64,000 nucleotides of DNA from an uncultured Dehalococcoidia bacterium. Lineage in GTDB: Bacteria; Chloroflexota; Dehalococcoidia; DSTF01; JACRBR01. The DNA lies in contig CAZRHH010000008.1 in assembly GCA_964599885.1 (NCBI GenBank), positions 22,599-86,598 of the forward strand. Direction: 5' to 3'. The translations under genes were made by a program, and so were the position numbers. Below, piece after piece: positions 44,968 to 54,120 of this stretch. Each line of letters starts with the position of its first letter. Position 1 is the first letter of the stretch. Under the pieces are notes generated by a model. The model did no database searches and was not told the DNA's origin. It saw only the letters and a program-made list of their open reading frames with translations.

Positions 44968-45792
44968 ATGCTTGGCCTAATCTTCGATCGAACCGCAAGA
45001 TACGGCGTCACTCGCGACTTCGCGACGCGCGCCGTCACCTCATGGCGCACCGCGTATACAGGCAGCGAGCACTGCATCATTCCTGCGGGAACCGTTCTTC
45101 GCCTCAATGATGACGTATCTGAACCGTTCGGGAAGGTTCACTACGAACTGATCCGCCCGCCTCAAGGAGCGGCCTATATCGGTTGGGTTTTTCCGGAGGC
45201 TGTGGAGATGGGTTTCGAAGATGTAAGTCAATTGCCCGACAAGTGGAGGAAAGTTGTCATGCTCGCGGGTGGGGGACTGAACGCATTTGCGGAGAATCAC
45301 GCCGAATTGGAACAACTACTCATCCCGGAAGCGACGCGCACGCATCCCAAATACGGCGGCTATTGGTTCTCCCTTTCGCTCACAGCGATCGGCAACGAGA
45401 TCGAGTTCATGCCAGCTCGCGCGGTCGCCGTAGAGCGGGGTGCGCGGCTGTATGTGAAGGAGCGCTTTGAATGTTTCGGGGTTCGGTCTGACGATGTTGC
45501 TTCGCGCTGCGTAGTGCCTGCCGAGGTCGTACTCGCCCCTCGGCACGCTATCGAAAACCGCCGCTTCGTTTCCGGATGGGAGATGACCCACAAAGACTTC
45601 ACCTGGTGGCGATCAGAAGCTCCGGGCGAAAGTTTGGCCGAGTCTGAGTGGCTTCCGACCGATAGAGTCTGTCCCTCCCGGTTCCTCGCGGACTGCGCGC
45701 CCGAATTCACGGCGTCAGTCGAGTCAGACCGGGACTGGGACGCGCTACTCGTACCGACGGAACTCCTCGGTAATGAGATCGTCATCGTCTAG
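44968..45792 (+). CDS. Orphan hypothetical protein in a low-GC patch
   Basis: 274-aa ORF with no motif I recognise. Hand-counted GC is 52-55 % on lines 45061, 45181 and 45241, against about 65-68 % in the flanks. Confidence 0.6.
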   Translation: MLGLIFDRTARYGVTRDFATRAVTSWRTAYTGSEHCIIPAGTVLRLNDDVSEPFGKVHYELIRPPQGAAYIGWVFPEAVEMGFEDVSQLPDKWRKVVMLAGGGLNAFAENHAELEQLLIPEATRTHPKYGGYWFSLSLTAIGNEIEFMPARAVAVERGARLYVKERFECFGVRSDDVASRCVVPAEVVLAPRHAIENRRFVSGWEMTHKDFTWWRSEAPGESLAESEWLPTDRVCPSRFLADCAPEFTASVESDRDWDALLVPTELLGNEIVIV

Positions 45793-45813
45793 CCGCGAAC
45801 GACGCCAGCTTGC

Positions 45814-46146
45814 CTAGGCGTACTCGCCCAAGAACGTGCCGCCGATGACGTGGACGTGGGCGTGCGGCTGGCTCTGCATCGCGTCGGAGCCGAAGTTGCT
45901 GAGGATGCGGAAGCCGCGCGGGCAGTGCTGCGCGCCGGCCTCGGCGGCGACGCGCGACACCTTCGCCATCACGTCGGAGGTCCAGAGCTCGCCCTGGAGC
46001 ATGTGCGTCTTCGGGACGGCGAGCAGCATCACCGGCACCCAGTTCAGCACGTTGTGAAAGACGATGACGTCGTCATCTTCGTACACGATGCGGGCGGGTT
46101 CGCGGTGGGCGATGATCTCGCAGAAGACGCAGTAATACGTCGCCAT
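45814..46146 (-). CDS. HIT family hydrolase
   Basis: ORF 45814..46194. Start set at ATG 46146 (MATYYCVFCEI). Histidine triad HAHVHVIGG. Confidence 0.88.
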   Translation of the reverse strand: MATYYCVFCEIIAHREPARIVYEDDDVIVFHNVLNWVPVMLLAVPKTHMLQGELWTSDVMAKVSRVAAEAGAQHCPRGFRILSNFGSDAMQSQPHAHVHVIGGTFLGEYA

Positions 46147-46202
46147 CGGCACCACTATAGAGGCGCGCCGATGTTCGTCACAGAGCAGGGGCACCGCAAC
46201 TA

Positions 46203-46230
46203 TTGCGACGCGCGTGGGCGCACCTATACT
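46203..46230 (+). promoter_or_regulatory. Candidate promoter TTGCGA-16 nt-TATACT, implying a leaderless or near-leaderless mRNA for the DUF1015 gene
   Basis: TTGCGA 46203-46208 and TATACT 46225-46230. ATG 46236 lies only 5 nt after the -10 box and no SD is possible. The same TATACT hexamer precedes tRNA-Gly (29465..29460) and dnaX (62962..62967). Confidence 0.4.
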
Positions 46231-46235
46231 GCCGC

Positions 46236-47513
46236 ATGGCTGAAGCTCGCCCGTTCCGCGGCCTGCGCTATGACTCCAGCGCGGGCGACCCGGCCCTCAC
46301 GATCGCGCCCCCGTACGATGTGATCTCACCCGCCGAGCAGCGGGCGCTGTACGAACGCAGCGCGCATAACATCGTCCGCATCGAATACGGCGAACAGCGG
46401 GAAGGCGACGACGCGGCGGACAACCGGTATACGCGCGCGGCGCACGATCTCGCCGAGTGGCGCGGAGCCGGCGTCCTGCGCCTGGACGAGATCCCGGCGA
46501 TCTACGGCTACCGGCAGGAGTTCATGTGGGAATCGCAGCACTTCTCGCGGCAGGCGTGGTTCGCGGCGGTGCGGCTTGAACCGTGGGACGCCGGCATCGT
46601 CAAACCGCACGAGCACACCCTCTCGAACCCAAAGGCGGACCGCCTGAACCTGCTGCGCGCGACGCAGACGCAGGTCAGCCCCATCTATTGCATCTTTCGC
46701 GAACGGGACGGTGCACCATCGCCCGCACTCGAACCCGGCGCGACCGTCACCGACTGCGACGCAGACGGACAGGGGCACGTGTTGTCGGCTATGACCGACC
46801 CCGCGTCGATCGCGTCGTTCGGCTCGTGGATAGCCAGTTCGGACGTCTACATCGCCGACGGGCATCATCGCTACGAGACGGCCCTCGCGTACCGGGACGA
46901 AGTGCGCGCGTCGCGCGACACGTGGACCGGCGAGGAGCCCGAGAACTTCGTCCTGATGGCGCTGACGCACGCCGGCGACCCTGGGTTGCTCGTCTTGCCA
47001 ACGCACCGCATCGTCCGGCCGCCCACGTGGCCAGCGGATGCGCGCGCCCGCATTGAGCGCCACTTCCGCATCGAGGAGATCGCCGCCGCAGAGGCGCAGC
47101 GGCGATTGGCCGGCACGCCGATCGACGGCACAGCGTTCGCAGTCGCTGGCCTCGAGCCCGGCCGCGTACATCTGTTGACCATGACGGATCGTGCCGGTGT
47201 TGAGGCGACGATGCCCGCTGCACAGCCGGATGCGTGGAAGCGGCTCGATGTGAGCGTGCTGCAGCACGGCATCTTGCGCGATGTCTTCGGTATCGATGAC
47301 GCCGCGCTCGCCGCCGGCGCCGCCGTCACCTACACGCAAGACGCCGATGCGACGATGGCGGCGGCAACGGAAGGCACGATGGCGTTCTTGCTGCGCGCGA
47401 CGCCCGTCGCGCAAGTGCTGGCCGTCGCGGACGCCGGCGGCCGCATGCCGCAGAAGTCGACGTACTTCTATCCGAAGCTCCCGACCGGCCTCGTGATGCA
47501 TGCGATGGCGTAG
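46236..47513 (+). CDS. DUF1015 family protein
   Basis: ORF 46203..47513. Start set at ATG 46236 (MAEARPFRGLRY). PPYDVIS and ADGHHRYETALAY are family hallmarks. Confidence 0.88.
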   Translation: MAEARPFRGLRYDSSAGDPALTIAPPYDVISPAEQRALYERSAHNIVRIEYGEQREGDDAADNRYTRAAHDLAEWRGAGVLRLDEIPAIYGYRQEFMWESQHFSRQAWFAAVRLEPWDAGIVKPHEHTLSNPKADRLNLLRATQTQVSPIYCIFRERDGAPSPALEPGATVTDCDADGQGHVLSAMTDPASIASFGSWIASSDVYIADGHHRYETALAYRDEVRASRDTWTGEEPENFVLMALTHAGDPGLLVLPTHRIVRPPTWPADARARIERHFRIEEIAAAEAQRRLAGTPIDGTAFAVAGLEPGRVHLLTMTDRAGVEATMPAAQPDAWKRLDVSVLQHGILRDVFGIDDAALAAGAAVTYTQDADATMAAATEGTMAFLLRATPVAQVLAVADAGGRMPQKSTYFYPKLPTGLVMHAMA

Positions 47514-47541
47514 GCACATCCGATACTCACCACGGTCGGCA

Positions 47542-49920
47542 TCAATCGTGGTCTATCCAGAGCCTCGCGCCGTCGGTGCGAATGCGTACGCTCCCCACGC
47601 CGGCCGTTGTGTAGACATCCGCGTATGCGCCGAGCCGCGCGATCACATCCGCGCGTGGGTGGCCGAACGAGTTGTCGCGCCCAGCCGAGATCACGGCGAC
47701 CGATGGCTGCACCGCGGCGAGAAACGCCGCGCTCGTTGATGTCGAACTGCCATGGTGCGCCACCTTCAGCACCGTCGCGCCCAGATCGATGCCGCGGTCG
47801 AGGAGCGCCGTCTCGCCGGCAGCCTCGATATCGCCCGTGAGCAGAAAGCTCACGTCGCCGTACTGCAGGCGCACGACCGTCGCGTTGTCGTTAGTGGAGG
47901 CGCTCGCAATCGTGGCGTCGCCCGGTGCAAGGACTTCGAGCAGCACACCATCGCCCAAATCGAACGTCTGACCAACTCGCGACGGTTCGGCGGCGATCCC
48001 CTCGGCCGCGAGCGCCTCGCTCCATGCGTACGCCAATGCAGGAGAAGCACGACGCGTATCGGCGTGTACGCGTCGGACGTCGTAGCGCGCCAGTACGTCG
48101 AGCAGGCCGTACGCGTGATCGGCTTGCGGATGCGTCATGATCATCAGATCGATCGTGCGGTCTCTGTACGACAACTCATCGCCGAGGCCGCGCAGCACCG
48201 CGCGACCCGGACCGCCATCGACCAGCACCGTTACACCCGACGGCGTCTCGATCAGGATCGCGTCACCCTGCCCGACGTCCATCACCGTCACTTGAAGCCG
48301 CGCCGGCTCCGAGGAGAGCGCACCGATCGCGAACACCGCCAGCGCGACACACGGCACGCCCGCAGCGGCGACCCGCACGATACGCCCTACGTGGATCGGC
48401 CGCGCCAGCGTCCGCAACTCGAAGCGCGGCGTGTTGAGCCAGCGCAGGACGATTGGCGCTATGGCGAGCATCGCCGTGTACGAGAGGATCGCCCACGTCG
48501 AGGAATAGCCATCAATCGAAGCCGTGGCGCCCGGCAAGCCAGCCAGCCATCGGCAAACGGCGAGCCAGTACGATACGAGCACGTACGCGGGCGCGCCTAG
48601 CACAAGATGCACGCCGGGCAGCAGGCCACCGACCGCCGCGATCAACGACGAGAACAGAATCGCGACGAACGCCGGCACGATCAGCACGTTTGCGGGCAAC
48701 CCCACCAGCGAGAAGCGGCCAAAGTTCATCATCAGCAGCGGCGTCGTCGCGATCGTCGCGGCGATCGTGATTGCGGCCGGTTCGGCGACTAGCCCGTTGA
48801 GCCAGCGCGGCACTTCTTCGCGGCCGAGCGCCCAGCCGATGCCATCGACGATGCGCGCCCGTAACGGCCCGGAGACGTACATGATACCGGCCGTCGCGGC
48901 GAAGCTGAGCTGAAACGACACGTCGCCAATCGTCGACGGCTGCAGCGCCGTCATCGCGGCCGCCGCCGCAGCAAGTGATGTCAGTCCGTGCGTGCGCCGT
49001 CCGGAGACGCCGGCGATCACCAGCAGCGCACCCATCACCCCCGCCCGTAGCACCGGCGGCGAGAATCCCACCAGGAACACGTATGCCGCGACGACGAGCA
49101 GCGACAGCAGCATCGCGCGCCGCCGATCGAGCACAACACCGAGCAGTGCCGCCGTGAACGCCGACACGAGCAGCACGTTCTGTCCCGATACGACGACGAG
49201 ATGTGACGTGTTCGTCGCGTTCAAGTCATCGAGTACGTGGGCGGGCAGCGCCGATCGCTCACCCAGGAGCACGCCCTGCGCGACCGAGGCATGCGGCTCC
49301 GGCAGCGACAGCGCGATCCCGTGCGACAGCTTGCGCCGCACTGCGAGACGCGCCGCCTCGTACCAGTGATCGTCCGCGTGCCCGACGACCTGCACTCGCG
49401 GAAACGCCAGCACGCTAGAGATGTCGCGTCGCGCGAGGTACTCGGCATAGTCGAAACCTTCCAGATTCGGCGGCGATTCGAGCGTGCCCTCCATCTCAAC
49501 GATGTCGCCGGAGGTGTACGATGGTAGAAGCCCGGTATGCACGAGTACGCCGCCCGACGCGCGCTGCCACTCGCCGCGCAGCTCAACCTCGCGCACGGAC
49601 ACGGCAAACCGCTGCGATGTGTCGCGAATCTCCGGATCATCGCGCAGTACGCCGCGAACGCGCATCGCGACGCCGTCGTTGTAGTGCGCCACTGCGTCGC
49701 CGGCGAGCCGCGGTTCCGCGCGGTTCGAGTGGAACATCGCCAGCGCGAAGATCGCCGGCAGCAGCAGCGCGCAGATGGCGTACCGGCGGCTGCGCCGTAC
49801 CAACGCAGCAGCCATCAGCGCGGCGCCGATAGCCAGCGCCACGGGCCAGCCATCGCGCCCGTACATCGCCCAGGCGCCGATCCCCGCCAGCCACGCCCCC
49901 GAAAGCCACAGCAGGATCAT
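47542..49920 (-). CDS. comEC: DNA internalisation-related competence protein ComEC/Rec2 (with metallo-beta-lactamase domain)
   Basis: 792 aa. N-terminal OB-like region, polytopic competence domain, and a C-terminal MBL fold (MTHPQADHAYG, VAHHGS). Confidence 0.92.
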   Translation of the reverse strand: MILLWLSGAWLAGIGAWAMYGRDGWPVALAIGAALMAAALVRRSRRYAICALLLPAIFALAMFHSNRAEPRLAGDAVAHYNDGVAMRVRGVLRDDPEIRDTSQRFAVSVREVELRGEWQRASGGVLVHTGLLPSYTSGDIVEMEGTLESPPNLEGFDYAEYLARRDISSVLAFPRVQVVGHADDHWYEAARLAVRRKLSHGIALSLPEPHASVAQGVLLGERSALPAHVLDDLNATNTSHLVVVSGQNVLLVSAFTAALLGVVLDRRRAMLLSLLVVAAYVFLVGFSPPVLRAGVMGALLVIAGVSGRRTHGLTSLAAAAAAMTALQPSTIGDVSFQLSFAATAGIMYVSGPLRARIVDGIGWALGREEVPRWLNGLVAEPAAITIAATIATTPLLMMNFGRFSLVGLPANVLIVPAFVAILFSSLIAAVGGLLPGVHLVLGAPAYVLVSYWLAVCRWLAGLPGATASIDGYSSTWAILSYTAMLAIAPIVLRWLNTPRFELRTLARPIHVGRIVRVAAAGVPCVALAVFAIGALSSEPARLQVTVMDVGQGDAILIETPSGVTVLVDGGPGRAVLRGLGDELSYRDRTIDLMIMTHPQADHAYGLLDVLARYDVRRVHADTRRASPALAYAWSEALAAEGIAAEPSRVGQTFDLGDGVLLEVLAPGDATIASASTNDNATVVRLQYGDVSFLLTGDIEAAGETALLDRGIDLGATVLKVAHHGSSTSTSAAFLAAVQPSVAVISAGRDNSFGHPRADVIARLGAYADVYTTAGVGSVRIRTDGARLWIDHD

Positions 49921-50174
49921 GTGAGACCGGGCGCTCGATGCGCGGCTACAGCGCTCGCGGGCGCGATCGTCGGGAGAACCAACGCAAGTATCTCACCTGC
50001 TGCGGTCGGACGCAGCCGATGTCAAGCTGCCCGATCTCGCCGCAACCTGGCCGCGGTCAGGGATCCACTGCCGATCGGCACCACACGGCTCGACTCTGGC
50101 TCGACATAGGCGCCTGCCGTAGCATGTCAGCGCCTAACGGATTATTCCGCGCGATTGCGGTTCACGAGGTGACC

Positions 50175-50867
50175 ATGCCCACGTCCAGCATCGTCGAGCA
50201 GGCGCGCGCCGAAGGGCGCACGATCCTGACCGAGATTGAGGCCAAGCAGATGCTCGAAGACGCCGGCGTGCCCGTCTCGCCCGCGCGATTGGCGAAGACG
50301 CGCGACGCGGCGATGTCCGAAGCGGAAAAGCTCGGCTATCCGATCGTGCTGAAGATCGTCTCGCCGCAGATCACGCACAAGAGCGACGTCGGCGGCGTGG
50401 CGCTCGGCCTCACGTCGAGCGCGGAAGTGGGCGAAGCGTTCGACCGCATAGTGGCGTCGGCGAAGCAGCACGAGCCGAACGCGACAATCGACGGCGTCGC
50501 CGTGCAGCGCATGGAGAAGGCCGGCACCGAAGTGATAGTCGGCGTCACGAAGGACCCGCAGTTCGGGCCCGTGCTGATGTTTGGCCTCGGCGGCGTGCTC
50601 GTCGAGGTGCTGAAGGACGTGGCATTCCGCGTTATCCCGATCGAGCAGCGCGACGCGCGCCAGATGATCGAAGAGATCAAGGGTTATCCGCTGCTGCAGG
50701 GCTACCGTGGCAGCGACCCGGCGGACCTCACGCAGCTCCAGGCGCTGCTGATGAAGGTCTCCGCCTTCGTTGAACAGCATCCCGAGGTTGCCGAACTCGA
50801 CCTCAACCCGGTGTTCGCATACAAGGACGGCGCGATCGCTGTCGACGCGCGCGTCGTACTCGCCTGA
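50175..50867 (+). CDS. ADP-forming acyl/acetyl-CoA synthetase, ATP-grasp (beta) subunit
   Basis: ORF 49938..50867. Start set at ATG 50175 (MPTSSIVEQARAEGRTILTEIEAKQML). YPIVLKIVSPQITHKSDVGGV is the ATP-grasp_5 signature. Confidence 0.88.
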   Translation: MPTSSIVEQARAEGRTILTEIEAKQMLEDAGVPVSPARLAKTRDAAMSEAEKLGYPIVLKIVSPQITHKSDVGGVALGLTSSAEVGEAFDRIVASAKQHEPNATIDGVAVQRMEKAGTEVIVGVTKDPQFGPVLMFGLGGVLVEVLKDVAFRVIPIEQRDARQMIEEIKGYPLLQGYRGSDPADLTQLQALLMKVSAFVEQHPEVAELDLNPVFAYKDGAIAVDARVVLA

Positions 50868-50883
50868 TGGCTGCATACTCGCG

Positions 50884-52308
50884 ATGACGCACGACCTCCG
50901 ACGCGCGCTCGCTCCGAAAACCGCCGTCGTCATCGGCTCGAAAAAGGCCGACGCGTACATGTGGCTGCGTAACTACAGTACGTTCACCGGCCAGCTCTAC
51001 TCCGTGCAGATCGATCCGAACGAGATCCCCGGCATCGAGGCGATGGGCGTGACGAACTTCACGTCGATCCTCGACGTGCCCGGTGAGATCGACTACGTGA
51101 TGATCGCCGTGCCGCGGCCGGTCGCCGCGCGCGTCATGGCGGACGTCGCGAAGAAAGGCGTCGGCGGCGTCGCGCTGTTCACATCAGGCTTTGCCGAGAC
51201 GGGCGAGGAAGAGGGCATCCGTCTGCAGGATCAGCTCCTGCAGATCGCCCGCGACGGCAACGTGACGCTGATCGGACCGAACTGCATGGGGCTGTACAAC
51301 CGCCGACTCGGCATCCGCCAGAGCGCCGAACAGGGCGCAGGCGAGGCGGGCGACGTCGGCTTCATCTCGCAGAGCGGCACGCACGCCATCAACTTCGGGC
51401 TCGTCGGCGAAGCGCACGGCGTCCGCGTCAGCACGTCGATCAGCATCGGCAACGCGATCGTGCTCGACGTGCCGGACTACATCGACTATCTCGCCGCAGA
51501 CCCCGAGACGAAGGTCATCGCGATGTACATGGAGGGCGTCAAGGACGGGCGGCGCTTCATCGACGCGCTCAAGCGCGCGACGGCGCAGAAGCCCGTCGTC
51601 ATCTGGAAGGGCGGCGTCACCGACGCCGGCGCCCGCGCCACGGCATCGCACACAGGTTCGCTCGCCGCGCCGCGCACGATCTTCGATGCGATCGTGCGGC
51701 AGTGCGGCGCCATTCCGGCGACCAGCCTCGAAGACACGATCGACGTCGTGAAGGCGCTGCTGTATGCGAAGCCGGCGACCGGACGCCGCATGGGATTGAT
51801 GGCGATGACGGGCGGCCAGTCCGTCGTCATCACCGACGCATTCGTCAACGCCGGTCTCGACGTGCCGCGCCTTTCCGACGCGTCGTACGAGCAGCTCGGG
51901 TCGTTCTTCAACATCATCGGCGGCAGCTACCAGAACCCGCTCGACATGGGCGGCACGATCGGCTTCGGCGGCTCGGCCGACACGCTGCGCAAGCTCTTCG
52001 ACATCCTCGACGCCGACCCGAACGTCGATGCCATCGCGATGGAGATGGCATCCGGCTTCCTCGCGCGCGCGTGGCAATCAAACCCCGCCAGTCTCGACGG
52101 CATGCTCGACACGCTGTCCGCGCACGCCGAACGCTCGTCGAAGCCGTTCGTGGCCGTCTTGCAGCCGCAGCATGTCGAAGACGTCGTCACGGCAGCTCGC
52201 AAGCGCATACAGGAGCGCGGCCTCGCGGTCTTCCCGTCGTTCGAGCGCGCCGCTCGCGCCCTCGCACGAGCAATCGCCTATCACCGCTTCGCCGCGAAGC
52301 TGGATTAG
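50884..52308 (+). CDS. ADP-forming acyl/acetyl-CoA synthetase, CoA-binding + ligase-CoA (alpha) subunit
   Basis: ORF 50770..52308. Start set at ATG 50884 (MTHDLRRALAPKTAVVIGS). LIGPNCMGLYN and FISQSGT, with the phosphohistidine-loop-like ASHTGSLA. Confidence 0.88.
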   Translation: MTHDLRRALAPKTAVVIGSKKADAYMWLRNYSTFTGQLYSVQIDPNEIPGIEAMGVTNFTSILDVPGEIDYVMIAVPRPVAARVMADVAKKGVGGVALFTSGFAETGEEEGIRLQDQLLQIARDGNVTLIGPNCMGLYNRRLGIRQSAEQGAGEAGDVGFISQSGTHAINFGLVGEAHGVRVSTSISIGNAIVLDVPDYIDYLAADPETKVIAMYMEGVKDGRRFIDALKRATAQKPVVIWKGGVTDAGARATASHTGSLAAPRTIFDAIVRQCGAIPATSLEDTIDVVKALLYAKPATGRRMGLMAMTGGQSVVITDAFVNAGLDVPRLSDASYEQLGSFFNIIGGSYQNPLDMGGTIGFGGSADTLRKLFDILDADPNVDAIAMEMASGFLARAWQSNPASLDGMLDTLSAHAERSSKPFVAVLQPQHVEDVVTAARKRIQERGLAVFPSFERAARALARAIAYHRFAAKLD

Positions 52309-52315
52309 CGGCGAG

Positions 52316-52744
52316 ATGCCGGCTGACGCGACACTGCCGCCGACGCTTGTACCCGAACTCATCTGCTCCGACATCACGCGCAGCCTCGCGTTCTACACGG
52401 GGGTGCTCGGCTTCGTCGTCATGTACGCGCGTCCGGAGGAACGGTTCGCCTATCTCGAACGCGAGGGCGCTGAGCTGATGATCGAGCAGCCGACTGGACG
52501 CAGTTGGACGACCGACGAACTGGCGTATCCGTACGGCCGCGGTATCAACTTCCAGATCGAAGTCTCGGACGTGCAAGCGCTGATCGCGACATGCCACGCC
52601 GCTGGCGCCGCGATCTACCTGCCGCTTGAAGACACGTGGTACCGCGCCGACGACAAGCTGCTCGGCAACCGCCAGTTCATCGTGCAGGATCCCGATGGCT
52701 ACCTGTTGCGTTTCTTCCAGGACCTGGGCGAGAAACCCGCGTGA
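52316..52744 (+). CDS. Glyoxalase/bleomycin-resistance (VOC) family protein
   Basis: ORF 52028..52744. Start set at ATG 52316 (MPADATLPPTLVPELICSD). Paired beta-alpha-beta-beta-beta pattern ending IVQDPDGYLLRF. Confidence 0.8.
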   Translation: MPADATLPPTLVPELICSDITRSLAFYTGVLGFVVMYARPEERFAYLEREGAELMIEQPTGRSWTTDELAYPYGRGINFQIEVSDVQALIATCHAAGAAIYLPLEDTWYRADDKLLGNRQFIVQDPDGYLLRFFQDLGEKPA

Positions 52745-52756
52745 CGCGCTACCTCG

Positions 52757-53605
52757 TCAGGGAGATCCGGCGCGTCCCACATCGACGCGGGTCGTCTCGA
52801 TCCACGCTTTCGACGTGCCGTCGGCAATGCCCTGCAACGTCGTCTCGGCGGTACACAGATAGAGCGTTCGCCCGTCGTCGCCGCCAAGCATGCACGCGAC
52901 AGCCCACTTCGGTTTCACCGTGATCGTGTCGAGCACCTCGCCGCCCTCGCGTACGCGCAGGAACTGGCCCATCGGCGGCGAACTCACCCACACCGCGCCC
53001 TCCGCGTCGAGACAGATGCCGTCGGGAAACGCCTCGAGCTGCGCCCATACGCGTCGCCCCGAAAGCGAGCCGTCGGCCGCGATATCGAACGCCGTCAGCC
53101 GGCGCGCAACCGTCTCGGCGACGATCAGCGTGCGGCCGTCCGGTGTGATCACCATGCCGTTCGCGAACATCATCTCGCCGGCGGCGATAGCTGACGTCCC
53201 GTCCGGATGCACGACGTACACGTTGCCCGGTGACGGCTTCTCGCCGCGGTTCAGATCGAACCCGAAACCACCGATGTACGCCCGGCCGTGCGCATCAACC
53301 ACCATGTCGTTGAGCGACACCGGCTCGTCAGCGCTGAAATCGGCGACCACCTCCGGCGCGCCGCCGTCACGCACCCGCATCAGCCGGCGATCGAGCATCG
53401 ACACGAACAACAGCGCCCCGTCCGGAGCCCAGCCGAGGCCGGCGGGCTGCTGCTGGTGTTCGAGTACAACGCGTGGCGAGCCGTCCGATCCGAGCGTGAT
53501 GATCTTTTTGCCGTTGACGTCGCAGAACCAGAACGCGCCGTCGTGCCAGCGCGGGCACTCGGTGAACACAAACCCGTCAAGCAGCATCGTCGGTGTATAT
53601 TCCAT
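52757..53605 (-). CDS. SMP-30/gluconolactonase/LRE-like beta-propeller protein
   Basis: 282 aa. ECPRWHDG, NDMVVDAHGRAYIG and ANGMVITPDGRTLIVAE repeats. Confidence 0.85.
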   Translation of the reverse strand: MEYTPTMLLDGFVFTECPRWHDGAFWFCDVNGKKIITLGSDGSPRVVLEHQQQPAGLGWAPDGALLFVSMLDRRLMRVRDGGAPEVVADFSADEPVSLNDMVVDAHGRAYIGGFGFDLNRGEKPSPGNVYVVHPDGTSAIAAGEMMFANGMVITPDGRTLIVAETVARRLTAFDIAADGSLSGRRVWAQLEAFPDGICLDAEGAVWVSSPPMGQFLRVREGGEVLDTITVKPKWAVACMLGGDDGRTLYLCTAETTLQGIADGTSKAWIETTRVDVGRAGSP

Positions 53606-53690
53606 CCACGAATCCTACTACAGTCCCTGTCTCTGCTCATCTGGACATCCGTGATTCCTGCCGATGGGTGTCGAGCGAAAGGAAAGCGTC

Positions 53691-54077
53691 ATGGAGCGCC
53701 AGAACATCAGCACCGGATCAAAGTGGGAGCCGGTAGTCGGCTATTCGCGCGCAGTGCGCCTCGGCTCGAACATCGCCGTCTCCGGCACGACGGCGACGGA
53801 CGCGGATGGTGCAGTCGTTGGCGCGGGCGACCCGTACACACAGACCGTACAGGCGCTCCGCAACATCGAAGCGGCGCTGAAGCAAGCAGGCGCGTCGATG
53901 AGCGACGTGGTCCGCACACGCATGTTCGTCACCGACATCAGCCGCTGGGAGGACGTCGGCCGCGCCCATGGGGAAGTCTTCGGCCAAATCCGCCCGGCGA
54001 CGACGATGGTCGAAGTGGCACGCCTGATCGACGAAGCGATGCTCGTCGAGATCGAAGCCGACGCAGTGGTTGGGTAG
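53691..54077 (+). CDS. RidA/YjgF family protein
   Basis: ORF 53664..54077. Start set at ATG 53691. Segments [48 protein letters not shown]. Confidence 0.85.
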   Translation: MERQNISTGSKWEPVVGYSRAVRLGSNIAVSGTTATDADGAVVGAGDPYTQTVQALRNIEAALKQAGASMSDVVRTRMFVTDISRWEDVGRAHGEVFGQIRPATTMVEVARLIDEAMLVEIEADAVVG

Positions 54078-54105
54078 CGGACATCAGAGTTCGGAGCAGC
54101 GAAAA
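54078..54105 (+). repeat. Tandem heptanucleotide array CGGACAT CAGAGTT CGGAGCA GCGAAAA
   Basis: It starts 1 nt after the RidA stop. The design matches 16891-16918 (CGGAAGT CAGAGGT CGGAGGT). Confidence 0.45.
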
Positions 54106-54120
54106 CGTCCGGACTACCCG

